Part shown: one piece after another, positions 9,396 through 24,649 of the stretch
Layout of the letters: each line of letters starts with the position of its first letter
Numbering within the stretch: the stretch's first letter is position 1
Assembly (NCBI RefSeq): GCF_031769215.1
Contig: NW_026782573.1
Coordinates: 124,001-188,000 of the forward strand
Length of the DNA: 64,000 nt
Source of the DNA: Ylistrum balloti
Taxonomy: Eukaryota
Reading direction: 5' to 3'
The notes under the pieces: model-generated
What the model was told of the DNA's origin: nothing
Database searches by the model: none
What the model saw: the letters and a program-made list of their open reading frames with translations, nothing else
Translations under genes and position numbers: made by a program

Positions 9396-12074
9396 AGTTC
9401 AGACCTATTCTTGTATTGTTCATATATTTCAACCCTGTTTTGTAGCTCCAGTAGTTTAGACTTGTATTCGCCTGTAGCCCATGCTCCTGTTGTTCCTGTA
9501 CACCAGTATTTTTCTATTGTAGCTCCTGTAACTCAGCCTTATGGTGTAGTTCAACCCTGTTCTGTATAGGACCTTATGTTCAGTCTTATTCTCCTTAAGG
9601 GGAGAAACTGGTAATATTCTTGAATTTCCAAACAGAAATTACTAAAAGCGGAGGTTGTTATTCATTAATGCTTTTTATAATTATAAATCATACTTTATAT
9701 ATCCAGTAGAATATTAAATAAATAGAATTTATCAGTATCGGTTATCAAAATCACTGAACTAAGTTAACATATGTCAAATTCTACACCTGTTTATATTTTG
9801 ATAGGTAATTCTTCGCCGGTCATACTCCTTCTGACAATCAGATATACAATGTATATAAATTCGACAAAACATTGATCAAAAGATTAGTATTATGTATATT
9901 GAGTTGGTGATCTGATAATATAATTAGATGCACCGAAGTTAAGCTATCAAATGTATATTGGCACATACAAAAAAAAATCTTTCTGATGACAAAGTTACGC
10001 TGGTAGTTCGAAATATCAATACTGCAGAGCCATTTCTTTGAATACAGTTTTATTGTACGTCGTGTTCAGTGCTTCATTTCAATCGATACATGTCCAGGTA
10101 AATATCGATTTGGAAACGCTCGATGTAAACCACCTGTCTAATTATCGATCGAATTTCATACCTGGCCACGTACAAGCAGACAGAGAAAAACTATCATATC
10201 AATAATGATAATTCCTTCACTAGACCATGTGACAGATCTCCACCAATCAGATCTGCGTTCTCGCCTATTGGCTTCATCCTGTTGGGAGCACTATTCAAGT
10301 ACATGTACATACACCGGCTCAGTGTATCGTGGTACAGACTTTGTTTCGTTTTAAGGGATTTTGCGCTGGTTTATCGACTTTCCTCATAAGAGTGGATTAA
10401 AACGACAATTACTGCGACAATTACGGTATGTATAAATATTTTCCTGTTTCGTTTTTACAGAAAAGTCATCTAAATATAAAAATATACATGTATGATTATC
10501 ACATTCAAGTATACATGTCAGGTATTTCATTTATTTTGTTGTACATAATTATTGATAGTTTGATTGCACACCATGTGTCGCATACTATAATGTATTCACA
10601 CGTGCTCTATCTCTGTTGATAAAAACTGGGCTACATTCATGCAGTTTGTAATGGCGGAAATATGAAACACGGAAACTGACTTTTACTTACTCGTACGCAT
10701 ATACTGTATAAACATACTGGTACACTGAATGTGACACATTTATCGACAAGTGTCCTTACTTCGTCTATGTACTAATTTTACTCTAAAACGGAACATATCA
10801 AGAATTTCCTTCCGTGAAGATACGTAAATGATTTTGATAATTTATTCGCTGGGTTTTTAATGAGATTGGACAATATAATATATTTCTACAGTGTTGTAAT
10901 ATGATAAGACCGTCAGGGTGTGTGCCGAATGGTCAAGTGGATGGATGTGTAGATATTCCAAAGGTTACAAAGACACCTAAGGATATTTCTGATATACTAA
11001 ATTTTCTGACCCAGCATTCTTCTCCTGTACAAATAGAGTGTTTCACAAATAAATGCCCTGTTAACACCCTGTTCCATCCAGACCCCATCCCTCTGTCCTT
11101 ATCCCGTCCCAAAAACACCTCTCTGCAGTTACCACAATCCCAACCACATCCAAGTCCCACCCCTCCCTTTACCCAACACCACCCTAACCTCAACCTCCGT
11201 CCTTACTCCCAACCCCACTCCATCACATCCGGTCCCATCACTGCCCTCTTGAAGTAGTGTGGATGATCAATATAGGGTCTGTTTTACAAAACGATAAAAT
11301 GCGTAAGAGCAATACTTCAATATCGTGCTTCAAAACAACTCATAGAGATATAACACTTGATTTTGAGAATTAATCAAATGTATAAAAAAAGTATTACAAA
11401 AAGTAAAAAAAATGTGAGGAACCACAAACATGACGTTATAGCCTGTTATAAAAATATTACAATACATTGTATAAAACTGTGGATAAGTTTAGTTAAATTT
11501 TAAATTACACACAGTCTAAAAAGTGACAAGAAAGGTATAGACGACAGTGTTTAATTAGGGAGATATGTGGGGATAGGTGTTTATATAGTGAAGGGTAAGG
11601 GCGGTGTTACAACCAGCTAATTACCCGTCACCCCGAGGTGAAACATACAGGTGATATTGTGTATTCCATATTTCGATAGAATGTCATCGAATCACAACTA
11701 GACGTGGATGTACAACTAAATAAATATGTACCCGCCAAGGGTCACAGCCAGAAACACGCGCCATCTGGTGTCTGTATACCGACATTTCTCACGTAAACGC
11801 CCTGGGCATACTCATGTATACACGTACATAACAGTGTTATCAGTCCTGAAGGTGTGTGTTATTGAATAGATATTGAGTCCAGGTGTAAACGAGACGAGAA
11901 TCGTGCATTTTAATATTTATGATGATTTGTATCTGTCCAGATAGTTAATGAGAACAATGTTTGTAAATTACAACGTAATATATTACATCTCAGATGTGAT
12001 CATGGAAGTAAAGTCTTAAGGTATTTTGTCGTTTTATGTCTTATTTTTTAAAACTGCATGATAGAATATCACTT

Positions 12075-13910
12075 ACTTGGTTAGTCTGTACACAGTAAAC
12101 ACACACCTTCATATTCTCTAACTTGGCTAGCCTGTACATGGTAAACACACATCTTCAAATTCTCTAACTTGGTTAATCTGTACATGGTAAACACACACCT
12201 TCATATTCTCTAACTTGGTTGGCCTGTACATGGTAAACACACATCTTCAAATTCTCTAACTTGGTTAATCTGTACATGGTAAACACACACCTTCATATTC
12301 TCTAACTTGTTTAATCTGTACATGGTAAACACACACCTCCATATTCTCTAACTTGGTTAGCCTGTACATGGTAAACACACACCTTCATATTCTCTAACTT
12401 GTTTAATCTGTACATGGTAAACACACACCTTCATATTCTCTAACTTGTTTAATCTGTACATGGTAAACACACACCTTCATATTCTCTAACTTGGTTAGTC
12501 TGTACATGGTAAACACACACCTTCATATTCTCTAACTTGTTTAATCTGTACATGGTAAACACACACCTTCATATTCTCTAACTTGGTTGGCCTGTACATG
12601 GTAAACACACACCTTCAAATTCTCTAACTTGGTTAATCTGTACATGGTAAACACACACCTCCATATTCTCTAACTTGGTTAGTCTGTACATGGTAAACAC
12701 ACACCTTCATATTCTCTAACTTGGCTAGTCTGTACATGGTAAACACACACCTCCATATTCTCTAACTTGGCTAGTCTGTACATGGTAAACACACACCCTC
12801 ATATTCTCTATTCTCTAACTTGGTTAATCTGTACATGGTAAACACACACCTTCATATTCTCTAACTTGTTTAATCTGTACATGGTAAACACACACCTTCA
12901 TATTCTCTAACTTGTTTAATCTGTACATGGTAAACACACACCTTCATATTCTCTAACTTGTTTAATCTTGTTTAATCTGTACATGGTAAACACACACCTT
13001 CATATTCTCTAACTTGTTTAATCTGTACATGGTAAACACACACCTCCATATTCTCTAACTTGGTTAGTCTGTACATGGTAAACACACACCCTCATATTCT
13101 CTAACTTGGCTAGTCTGTACATGGTAAACACACACCTCCATATTCTCTAACTTGGCTAGTCTGTACATGGTAAACACACACCTCCATATTCTCTAACTTG
13201 GCTAGTCTGTACATGGTAAACACACACCTTCATATTCTCTAACTTGGTTAATCTGTACATGGTAAACACACACCTTCATATTCTCTAACTTGGCTAGTCT
13301 GTACATGGTAAACACACACCTCCATATTCTCTAACTTGGTTAGTCTGTACATGGTAAACACACACCTTCATATTCTCTAACTTGTTTAATCTGTACATGG
13401 TAAACACACACCTTCATATTCTCTAACTTGGTTTGCCTGTACATGGTAAACACACACCTCCATATTCTCTAACTTGGCTAGTCTGTACATGGTAAACACA
13501 CACCTTCATATTCTCTAACTTGTTTAATCTGTACATGGTAAACACACACCTCCATATTCTCTAACTTGGCTAGTCTGTACATGGTAAACACACACCTCCA
13601 TATTCTCTAACTTGGCTAGTCTGTACATGGTAAACACACACCTCCATATTCTCTAACTTGGCTAGTCTGTACATGGTAAACACACACCTTCATATTCTCT
13701 AACTTGGTTAGTCTGTACATGGTAAACACACACCTTCATATTCTCTAACTTGGCTAGTCTGTACATGGTAAACACACACCTTCATATTCTCTAACTTGGC
13801 TAGTCTGTACATGGTAAACACACACCTCCATATTCTCTAACTTGGTTAGTCTGTACATGGTAAACACACACCTTCATATTCTCTAACTTGTTTAATCTGT
13901 ACATGATAAA
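12075..13910. repeat. 46-bp minisatellite, about 40 copies
   Basis: Unit ctgtacatggtaaacacacaccttcatattctctaacttggttagt; period 46 (12132, 12178...), with variants at a few sites. Confidence 0.96.
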
Positions 13911-14997
13911 CACTATAAACATATGTACATGTTTATGTATTACATATCTCAGATCGAGATTACACATTTAATGAAACCGATATTAATTTTTGTATACACG
14001 GTTAATCGTTATTCATTTTACAGATCAATGGTAAAAGGGACCTTCTTTGTATTTCAAAGCAAGATTTTTTTTTATTATTAAACGTTTACACAAATTTATC
14101 TAGTTATCTACTCGTGGTCTCCTACGACATTTTTATGGTAACGATATATATTAATGTATATCGATGTATTGATCAAGTTGCGGAAGTATGTAATAGTTCC
14201 CTGACATGGTTTCGGGCTATTTTAATCTTCCTGTCCACGTCTCAGGGTTACGTTAAGTCTGGACGCTTGAGGTGTGTGATTGTGCAGTCAAGCGAAACTA
14301 ACAATTGAAAGATCCTCTCATCATACAGAGATGTCACCGAAGAAAATGTTATCGTACGAAAAAATCTATTTTTTTATACCCGGTTTTAAATTCGATACTT
14401 ATGATTGGTATCTAACTAGTATCGTTATCGACAATAATTCCCATTTTGAACGCTGAAACACAATGCATACCACGGTGTATAGTATTACAGTATATTTAGT
14501 TCAATGGGGAACTCCGAAAGCTTAAGGAAAATACCTCGGACGGTTCACCTTAGTCGCATATTGGGTTCAACAAGGCATTGCGTCAAATTTTAAAACATAA
14601 TCTCTTGTTCCTGAAAAGAATATATCAACGAGGGATCAAGGAATACCAAGTTATTGTAAACACAATGATGATACTAACAAAACACTAACCCGTATAGAGT
14701 AATTGTGTCCAAATATTTACAAGAAGGCTTGTTACTACAGAAGGTAGAGAGATAACGAAATCTACTTACATCATTGAAATCGGCAAGATTTACATAATGT
14801 ACAGGGTTGTATGGTATTGTATGTCTTAAATCTATTTGGAAAACCATAGACAAATATAGTTACGCCAAATAGTACATAACATCCGAGCCTTTCAGTGGCG
14901 AAATCCCTAACCAGTTGATTTAATATGAAAATAACTCTCGCCATTTAAAATTTATAGTGCGTTACATTAATGTGTATGTAACAGTCTTCTGTTTCAA

Positions 14998-15036
14998 TCA
15001 TAAATAAATAAATAAATAAATAAATAAAACAAATAA
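14998..15036. repeat. (TAAA)n microsatellite
   Basis: Run of taaa repeats seen directly. Confidence 0.8.
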
Positions 15037-18019
15037 ATGAATGACAATAAAAAAGACAATGGTACATCTATAGGTTTTTAATTCGCGAATAGCTGTTCCT
15101 AAAGAATCGCCAAGAACAGTGAAGTTTCCCTGATTAAATCCCAGAAACCGGACTTTTGAATTATTGTAGGAGAGTAACAGAACTTAAGAGTGTGTGACGT
15201 ACATATATGTTAGTGTGTTAATAATACAAATTGAAGTACATTTAGTATTTTGTAGAACAGTTATTGTAAACGAGGAATATCGTGTAAAGCGCTAGACATC
15301 GTGTAACTAATTATAGGCCAGCACAACGAAATATGTTAAACTAAGCTAAGATCAGTTTTAAAAATCTGTTTATAGCATTATGACGAAGAAGAAAACTATA
15401 CCGATTTGTGTTACAGGTATCGACACAGGTGATAGCAAACCAAATACTCTTATTTTTTTTCTCCTGGTTATATTTTGTATGTAACGGCTCCGTATTTTAT
15501 GATTTCTACAACATACTTTGGAACAGTATTACACATGAAGGGGAAATATTGGCACTGTCCCTCACTCTGATACACCAAAATACATGCTACCTATCAAAGT
15601 CCTTGACAACGTGGCGGTCAAAGGAAGGATGACCACGGCTTCCTTGGACCCACCTTATAAACTATTTATAGACTGTATGTGCAATAAACAACACATGGCT
15701 ATAAATCTTATTCTTTCCAATAAAGCAAACTTGTTTGGTTTGTTGGGTATGATGATATGGTTTGAATTAAACGTGTCGGATTCACAAGCCCCTGTGTTAC
15801 GAGTCGTGTCTGGATGTTGAGTGGATGTTGGTTAGTTGACTACGGTAACATCAACATTATTACAACCATGCATGGCCCATTACTCTACGATCACAGCGCT
15901 TGCTACACCACATGTTGAGGACAGGAAATAACGTTTGTATGGATTTGTAAACAATCGCCAGCCAACTTAATTATCTCCTCGCGCGTGCATGCGTGCGTGC
16001 GCCAAATTAGACGGCACGCGACTGGGATTTGTGGAGCGAAGATGAGGTGCATCTGTCTTGTCTTTCAGGAGAAGACAGGGGAATTTGTTTGACGGAATGA
16101 TGTATAATCACCAATCCGACCTGAAGTCTCGTTGGGATAGAATTATGATTTACATGCGCATTTCATGGCACGTGTTTTAGAAAAGACCGTCATTTTAAAA
16201 TTCCAATTGTGACGTTACAAAGTTTCCTCTTCACCACTGATCTCGGCAAAAGGGTGATCTAAATTTGACATGAATTGTTTAAGTATTTTTAACCATACAT
16301 AACGCAGTATCCAGTCTACAGTGTATTAACACAGGGGCTAGGCACAATCTAAGACAAATTTTGCACGTGTCTAATACTTCCGATATATAGGTTTACTGAC
16401 ATAATTAATTACCATTGTTGAAAGGCAAGTTTTATTTATGTTTAATTGATAAAATGGTACTTTTTGAAACAATATTCATTTGAATAAATTGTTTAAATAT
16501 CTAAATAAACGTATTCAATGGTGATAGAAATTTTTAAAAAAATTAAGTGAATATCTTTTATTGTAAAAAAAATGCTTAGGACATCGAAGGCCTTTCCACC
16601 GTGGATATATTCCACAGGAAATGGTTAGGAATTATTTCTACATGTCAAACATTTACTTGTTAGTCTGATACATTATAAACACGTGTCAAATCAAGAATCG
16701 ACTAGTGTAAACACTGTGTATTAACGCACGTGTCAGAAAACATTGCTAGACGAGTTTAATATACAACACATCAAGCATACCGACCTCTTAAATACAGAGA
16801 AAACATTTCCTTTCACATCGTTGTAACATCTATATGTATACATTAAATAGACTGAAAATCTCTCTACAGTGACATCTCTCGCGTATCCAGTGACGAGTGT
16901 TCCCTCAAAATGATGCGCAGTGCTTCGTTTGACATATGTACACTGTAGGATATTGAACTAGATTTGAATTCGACAAATTCAAATTAAGTGGGCGTCATTT
17001 TATAAAAATATTTTTTCACGATAGTGCTGGTAAATGTTTTTTCCAGAGACATCAATTTTATGTAAACATTGTCTTGGAAAAAAGGAAGATTTGATTGTGG
17101 AACTGCTATTTCACTAGATGGAGTGCTCATTAAAACGAATGGAAATGTTTTTGTTAAAGTACACTTCATACTTCCATGTTCAAAAGTAGAGTTTTTCATT
17201 TCCATCGATTTAGAAACAGCTGAAATCTCTATTCGTTCGTTCTACTTTCGTTTACTAATTTCGTTCTTTCCGTTATATGCTTTACTCGTCCCAAGCTGTT
17301 GATGACCGACAGCGTCAGAATTTCGTTCAGCATGATGGCCCCCGAGTTATGTACACGGCATTCCACATCTGATTCTATCCAGGAACAAGTTTTACAGCCC
17401 GGCCACGGAATCGATGAGGTTTATTAAATTAAGAGGAAATCAAAGTAAAAATTCCTGTCAAATGGAGGGAAAAATAATCCCATATTCAGGCCCATCAGTC
17501 CGTACTCCATCAAGTGATTAGTGATTATCATGACTAATGCTTTCTCTGTTGTAGAAACGACCGTGCGCCGAGAAAAGAATAAAAATAGGTGTGTTTGATG
17601 AATTATGTAAATATGCTTTTAAAATGTACTGTTTTCTTCGAGATGGAATATAACATACGACACCCCACCTCCCCCCCCCCCACACACACACTCCTTCCAC
17701 TCCCCCTAAATGTAAGATGTTTCAAAATGCATACACACGGTAGCTATATTATGGAATATAGACGAAATACGCCCAGAGTTAGGGGAAAACAGGTTATTGA
17801 CAAAACCGGTCTTGTGTTTATTCATAATTAAAGTGGTCACGGACTGAATGAACACGTGTTAACATATAACCTTCGGCACGTGTGTGTGTATTTGTTTTCT
17901 ATTTGTGCAAGGGTTTATATCACACATGCTTTAACAATTCAATAACAAGCGGGATGTGATTAAAAACACATGGATAGATAGAACACAGAATACGATGTCA
18001 AGAATACGCTATGCATTTA

Positions 18020-20800
18020 CACCAGAATACACTGTCTGTTAAGTCGAGAATATACTGTGTAATTAGTCCAGAATATACTGTCTGTTAAGTCGAGAATATA
18101 CTGTGTAATTAGTCCAGAATATACTGTCTGTTAAGTCGAGAATATACTGCGTATCTAGTCCAGAATATACTGTCTGTTTAGTCCAGAATATACTGCCTGT
18201 TTAGTCTAGAATATACTGCCTGTTTAGTCCAGAATATACTGTCTGTTTAGTCCAGGAATATACTGTGTATCTAGTCCAGAATATACTGTCTGTTTAGTCC
18301 AGAATATACTGCCTGTTTTGTCCAGAATATACTGTCTGTTTAGTCCAGAATATACTGCCTGTTATTCCAGAATATACTGTCTGTTTAGTCAAGAATATAC
18401 TGTGTATCTAGTCCAGAATATACTGTCTGTTAAGTCCAGAATATACTGTGTATCTAGTCCAGAATATACTGCCTGTTTAGTCAAGAATATACTGTGTATC
18501 TAGTCCAGAATATACTGTCTGTTTAGTCCAGGAATATACTGTGTATCTAGTCCAGAATATACTGTCTGTTTAGTCCAGAATATACTGCCTGTTTTGTCCA
18601 GAATATACTGCCTGTTTTGTCCAGAATATACTGTCTGTTTAGTCCAGAATATGCTGCCTGTTATTCCAGAATATACTGTCTGTTTAGTCAAGAATATACT
18701 GTGTATCTAGTCCAGAATATACTGTCTATTAAGTCCAGAATATACTGTGTATCCAGTCCAGAATATACTGTCTGTTTAGTCCAGAATATACTGCCTGTTT
18801 TGTCCAGAATATACTGACTGTTTTGTCCAGAATATACTGTCTGTTTAGTCCAGAATATACTGCCTGTTATTCCAGAATATACTGTCTGTTTAGTCAAAAA
18901 TATACTGTGTATCTAGTCCAGAATATACTGTCTGTTAAGTCCAGAATATACTGCCTGTTTTGTCCAGAATATACTGTCTGTTTAGTCCAGAATATACTGC
19001 CTGTTATTCCAGAATATACTGTCTGTTTAGTCAAGAATATACTGTGTATCTAGTCCAGAATATACTGTCTGTTAAGTCCAGAATATACTGTGTATCTAGT
19101 CCAGAATATACTGTCTGTTTAGACCAGATTATACTGTCTACTTATTCCAGAATTTATTTTGTCAATCTATTCTATAATATACTGTTGATCAGGTCCAGAA
19201 TATATGGTCTATTTATTCCAGAATATATTGTTTCTCTGGTCCAGAATACACGGTCTTTCTAGTCCAAAATATATTGTCTATCTGGTTTAGAATATACTGT
19301 CTATTTGGTCGAGGATATACTGTCTATTTGGATATACTGTCTGTTTAGTCCAGAATATACTGTCTGTTTAGTCCAGAATATACTGTCTGTTTAGTCCAGA
19401 ATATACTGTCTGTTTTGTCCAGAATATACTGTCTGTTTAGTCCAGAATATACTGTCTGTTTAGTCCAGAATATACTACGTATCTAGTCCAGAATATACTG
19501 TCTGTTTAGTCAAGAATATTCTGTCTGTTTCGTCCAGAATATACTGCCTGTTTTGTCCAGAATATACTGCTTGTTTTGTCCAGAATATACTGTCTGTTTA
19601 GTCCAGAATATACTGCCTGTTATTCCAGAATATACTGTCTGTTTAGTCAAGAATATACTGTGTATCTAGTCCAGAATATACTGTCTGTTAAGTCCAGAAT
19701 ATACTGTGTATCTAGTCCAGAATATACTGTCTGTTTAGACCAGATTATACTGTCTACTTATTCCATAATTTATTTTGTCAATCTATTCTATAATATACTG
19801 TTGATCAGGTCCAGAATATATGGTCTATTTATTCCAGAATATATTGTTTCTCTGGTCCAGAATACACGGTCTTTCTAGTCCAAAATATATTTTCTATCTG
19901 GTTTAGAATATACTGTCTATTTGGTCGAGGATATACTGTCTATTTGGTCAAGGATATACTGTCTATTTGGTCGAGGATATACTGTCTATTTGGTTGAGGA
20001 TATACTGTCTATCTGGTCCAGAATATACTGTCTGTTTAGTCCAGAATATACTGTCTGTTTAGTCCAGGAATATACTGTCTGTCTGGTCCAGGAATATACT
20101 GTCTGTTTAGTCCAGAATATACTACGTATCTAGTCCAGAATATACTGTCTGTTTAGTCAAGAATATTCTGTCTGTTTCGTCCAGAATATACTGTCTGTTT
20201 AGTCCCGAATATACTGTCTGTTTAGTCAACAATATTCTGTCTGTTTAATCAACAATATTCTGTCTGTTTAGTCCAGAATACACTGTGTATCTAGTCCAGA
20301 ATATACTGTCTGTTTACTCCAGAATATACTGTCTGTTTAGTCCAGAATATACTGTCTGTTTAGTTCCGACAATATTCTGTCTGTTTAGTCCAGAATATAC
20401 TGTGTATCTAGTCCAGAATATACTGTCTGTTTACTCCAGAATATACTGTCTGTTTAGTCCAGAATATACTGTCTGTTTAGTTCCGACAATATTCTGTCTG
20501 TTTAGTCTAGAATATACTGTCTACTAAGTACAGAATTCATTTTGTCAATCTATTCCATAATGTACTGTTTATCAGGTCCAGAATATATGGTCTATTTATT
20601 CCAGAATACATTTGTCTATTTATTCCAAAATCTATTGTCGATCTGGTTTAGAATATACTGCCTATCTCGTCCAGCACATGTTGTCTATCTGCTCCAGAAT
20701 ATATTGTTTCTCTGGTCCAGAATACGTCTATTTGGTCGATGATTTACTGTCTATTTGGCACAGGAAGACATTTTCTATCTGGTCCAGATTGCGTTGTGTA
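18020..20800. repeat. 23-bp minisatellite with higher-order structure and a degenerate right end
   Basis: Unit ccagaatatactgtctgtttagt; period 23. Blocks of variant units recur, including an offset-616 duplication (18960 vs 19576). Confidence 0.95.
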
Positions 20801-23800
20801 CAGAATATTCTATAGATCTAGTTCATAGTACACCTTTATCTAGTACAGAAGACATTATATTTGAAGCTTTAGTTTATACTACATTTGATCCTCTATTCAG
20901 ATCTGTAAAGCATTCATCTTCCAACCAGATTGTCTACAATAATTTATACATCTTCAAATGCGACATAACCTTGTATTTAAAGTTAATTTGGTGATCTGAA
21001 AAATGAAAGCTCGCGGTAAGGGGTACATCTAGGCAGAGACGTATATATCAAATATACGTCTCTGATCTAGGTAACGGAGAGGTAGAAGATACTGGGTAAG
21101 AGAAAGGGATCACGTGACAGTGGTAGAGGGGAAGAGATAGAGAATGGGGACATATGATATTAAACGGTAGAGGGTACAAGGTAAGGAGTAGAAAGTACAG
21201 GGTTCCGGATTATTCAAAGCAGACACACCTCAGTATTAAGCTACCTAGAAATATCGTCGACGTTTTTTCGTCCATGTGTCCTCATTAATCAATTACCTGT
21301 CAGCGGCGATATGTAATACGTAAAGTTGACCACTGGTCAATGTCAAGTCTACACACTGGTCACTACCGGGGCACGGACAGCCCTTAAACACTAATAAACG
21401 TCACCAGATTGTAACGTTTGGGTTAAAATCCGTGGGAATCTTATGGCTTCTGGTTTGTCGTTATACCAGTCCTTGTGATCAGCTGTTTACTCTTTCTGTC
21501 TTACACAAGAGGTTAGATAGTGTGCCAATGGTTACAGTAGTAGCGAATTTTATTTGTAGTCATTGTATGAGAGGACAAGGATTTCAAAGGAAATCTGCCA
21601 CTCAAAATATACAAATATGACCTGTCATAACAAATTTACATCTAGAGAACGACAAGAAAATATTCTAAACTTCTTTGTATTAACATTTGAATATTTCACT
21701 AACCACTGATTAACACTAAGCTCCGTCAAAATATCAAACGTCCGATATTATGGAAACCCGACACTACGCGCCATTAAAATTAGAATTATATATATTTGTC
21801 TGTGTGTTTTTGTATCTCGACAAAAATTCAGCAATTCTTGTGAAGTTATTACACATGCTATGTGCATTGTACAACTGTCGGTCTATGACTAAGGGGCCGT
21901 CATTAGACAGTTGAGTATATCTAATAACACACCCCTATAAACTCTACACAGATGATACGTGGCCACGTGACATGGGTCTATTACAGTTTCTTCTATGATA
22001 ATTACTTACATATCATTTTCACCCTTGTGGTTCGTCATTTTTCCTTTTATTTATTTTCTGGCAAGTGTCCTGACAACAGAAACTTTTATATAGTTTTTGT
22101 TTAACATGATTTTTTTGTTGTTGCTTGCAACTGTGCCAATAAATTCATACACTTGTTTTGAACAATCCAGAATAAAGAGTTGGCCGTATATTAGGTTAGG
22201 CGCCCAATTTGAATTCTTTCATGTTATGAAGTTATGAATGTCAGAATTAAAAAAAAAATTCTTGCATAATACGTTATTTGATATAAAGAATTATTTTTGT
22301 CCAGTTGCATATTTTAAAATCAACGTGTCGGCGATAAACCGGGAGTGGTTAGAAAAGGCTGAGGTGTTCCGAATGACATAACTTAACAAGGGTCACAACA
22401 ATAATACTAAGTCTTGTTGTCCGCCCTCTTCAGGGAACAAATAATGACGTTTGTATACCGGTACACAACAAGGAGAACGGATTTCAAGTTGTTTAGTATC
22501 TATGTCAAATGGAATTTATTTTATCTACAACCTTGTGTAAATTCCAGCCAATTACAAATGCTTATTCAATGATATCGGAAGATATTAAGTAATTTATCAC
22601 AGGATGAATTGTATAGAGACGAGGTCTTCATTTTATACTCGTCACGCACAAATATTTACAAGACTGACTAATCAGTCCGACATACCATCTTGTGTTAGCA
22701 AACTCATATTTGATCTAGAAAGCAGTGTACATTTAAGTTCAAAATTGAATATGATATTTTTCCGGCATATAAATTAAAAAAAAAAAAACCCATATAGTTG
22801 ATAATGTTGGAAATTCGTTGCCTTGGTTAATCAGATTTTATACATATGTGGTAAAAGCAAGTAACATTAGTAAGATCAAACTTATCATTTAAATTTTTTA
22901 AATTCAATTTTTGCAATATGTACACTTGGGTATATGAAATAAAACTATTTCGTGTCTTTTTCTGTTGACTACACGAGATTCAATACAAGATAGAAGTGTC
23001 ACACTGTACATCGAATTGTAGTTGATTGATTAATAAATCTGATTACGTATAATTAATTAGCAACTGAAAAACATGATTGACTTTTCATCTAAGTAGAAAT
23101 TAGACGTTTCTAGGATGTAATCAAACATTCTCGTGAATTTTGTCAGAGGTCGTTTGTAAAGAGTTGGCAGGAATACACTGTACCTGCATCGAGCGACCAC
23201 TTTGCAGTTTTGAAAAATGTATAGTATAATAGAAAAAAAAACTAGCACTCATTCGCAAAGACAAGTTATTTCACACGTAATAGAAATGTGTTGTAATTAA
23301 AGCAAAGATTTGTAAATCAGATATTCAGAAAATGCAGAATTTCTGTGACAGGTTGGGGTCTGTACTGGTGTTTACACATTAAGAACATACAGTATGTAAA
23401 CAACAGTTTATCACTATTGTACAGGCACTTAGATGTGGATGATAACAAGGTGATGGTGCATTGTAATGATATACAGGTACTTGAACGTGAAACGAACACA
23501 CGAGCTCGTTAAAATGTGTTATTGTGGCTCAAGTGCGGTATTTGTGAGTTTTATATACATATATGGGCTGAACTTAGAGTGTTTATGGGTATCACAATAC
23601 ACAAAGCAAGGTGTAAATTTAATCCGGATAGCTGTACAAACGGTCGTAAAACTTCAGAATAGAATTTCTATAGTACATACCCAGAGTAACGTAATCTATC
23701 CGTTATCCTTTCATGGAGTATAAGACAAAACATCATTCTTTCTGGATTAAGCACAATACTGGTCATTTGGGGATCGTGAGACGAAAAATCAACAGACGAG

Positions 23801-24649
23801 TCTTGAAACATTATACAAGATATGTTAAGCGTATTGAATAAATAGTATGCTAATCATTAATATGTAGGTTTTCAAATTTCTGTCACTAAAATTTATACCA
23901 AACCAAAGAAAAAATATATATGTAACTCAATCAATTGTAACTCTTTTGTATTAGTTTAAAAAGTATTTTATTTAAGGACTTGTCCAACAGGTGTTCCAAA
24001 CAGTGTATATTTGGGATTGAAAAACAAGCGGAAAGTACCCTTTGTCTTGAAGACAAGTATATGATATACGACAATAGTCAACCCATTGTAACTCCTCTGT
24101 ATTGAAGGTGAAACGGGTAATGTGATGTACGACTTAAGTATCTATGTCAAATAAAGGTATACCAACCCTATTAATATCACGGTATTAGATTTCATTCCGA
24201 TTGTGCGGAGCCGCGGGTCAACTTTCCAAAGGCTTCATGTGTCACTGTTCTTGATGTCTGTCAGGATTTGACTGTTTCAATAACCACACATATCTCTGCC
24301 AATGGACACACAGGCTTATTAATCAGTTTGAATAGTTTTCTATGTCGTAGTGATGTAAAATTATAATCGTCGATTTTTACATGTATCTAATTAAGTACTG
24401 ATGTTCAAAGTGAACATGAATTGAATGATTTATTTTACATTTTTTCTCGGTGGAATTTAGTACATGTATCGAGGAAATTACATTGAACATTGACCAAGAG
24501 CTCTTGTATAAGTTAAAAAAGGAAACTTTATATAGATACAGATTTACATTTCCTCTCATTTTAGCGATGCTTAGCTATATGAGAAAATAATGAAAAATAA
24601 CCTTTGTAAAGAGATGCGAGTAGTTTATCTAGTGACGTCATCGACACAG

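Noticed and set aside
8855-9397. 180-aa (+) and 142-aa (-) ORFs
   Set aside because: By-products of a stop-free 60-bp unit that is open on both strands.
10901-11257. 118-aa ORF with a Pro/His-rich tail, preceded by a possible acceptor at 10891
   Set aside because: The tail derives from a C-rich low-complexity tract (also a possible G-quadruplex on the minus strand); no partner exons or family motif were found.
18318-20527. Many 60-100 aa ORFs such as MSRIYCLFSPEY...
   Set aside because: Translations of the 23-bp satellite.
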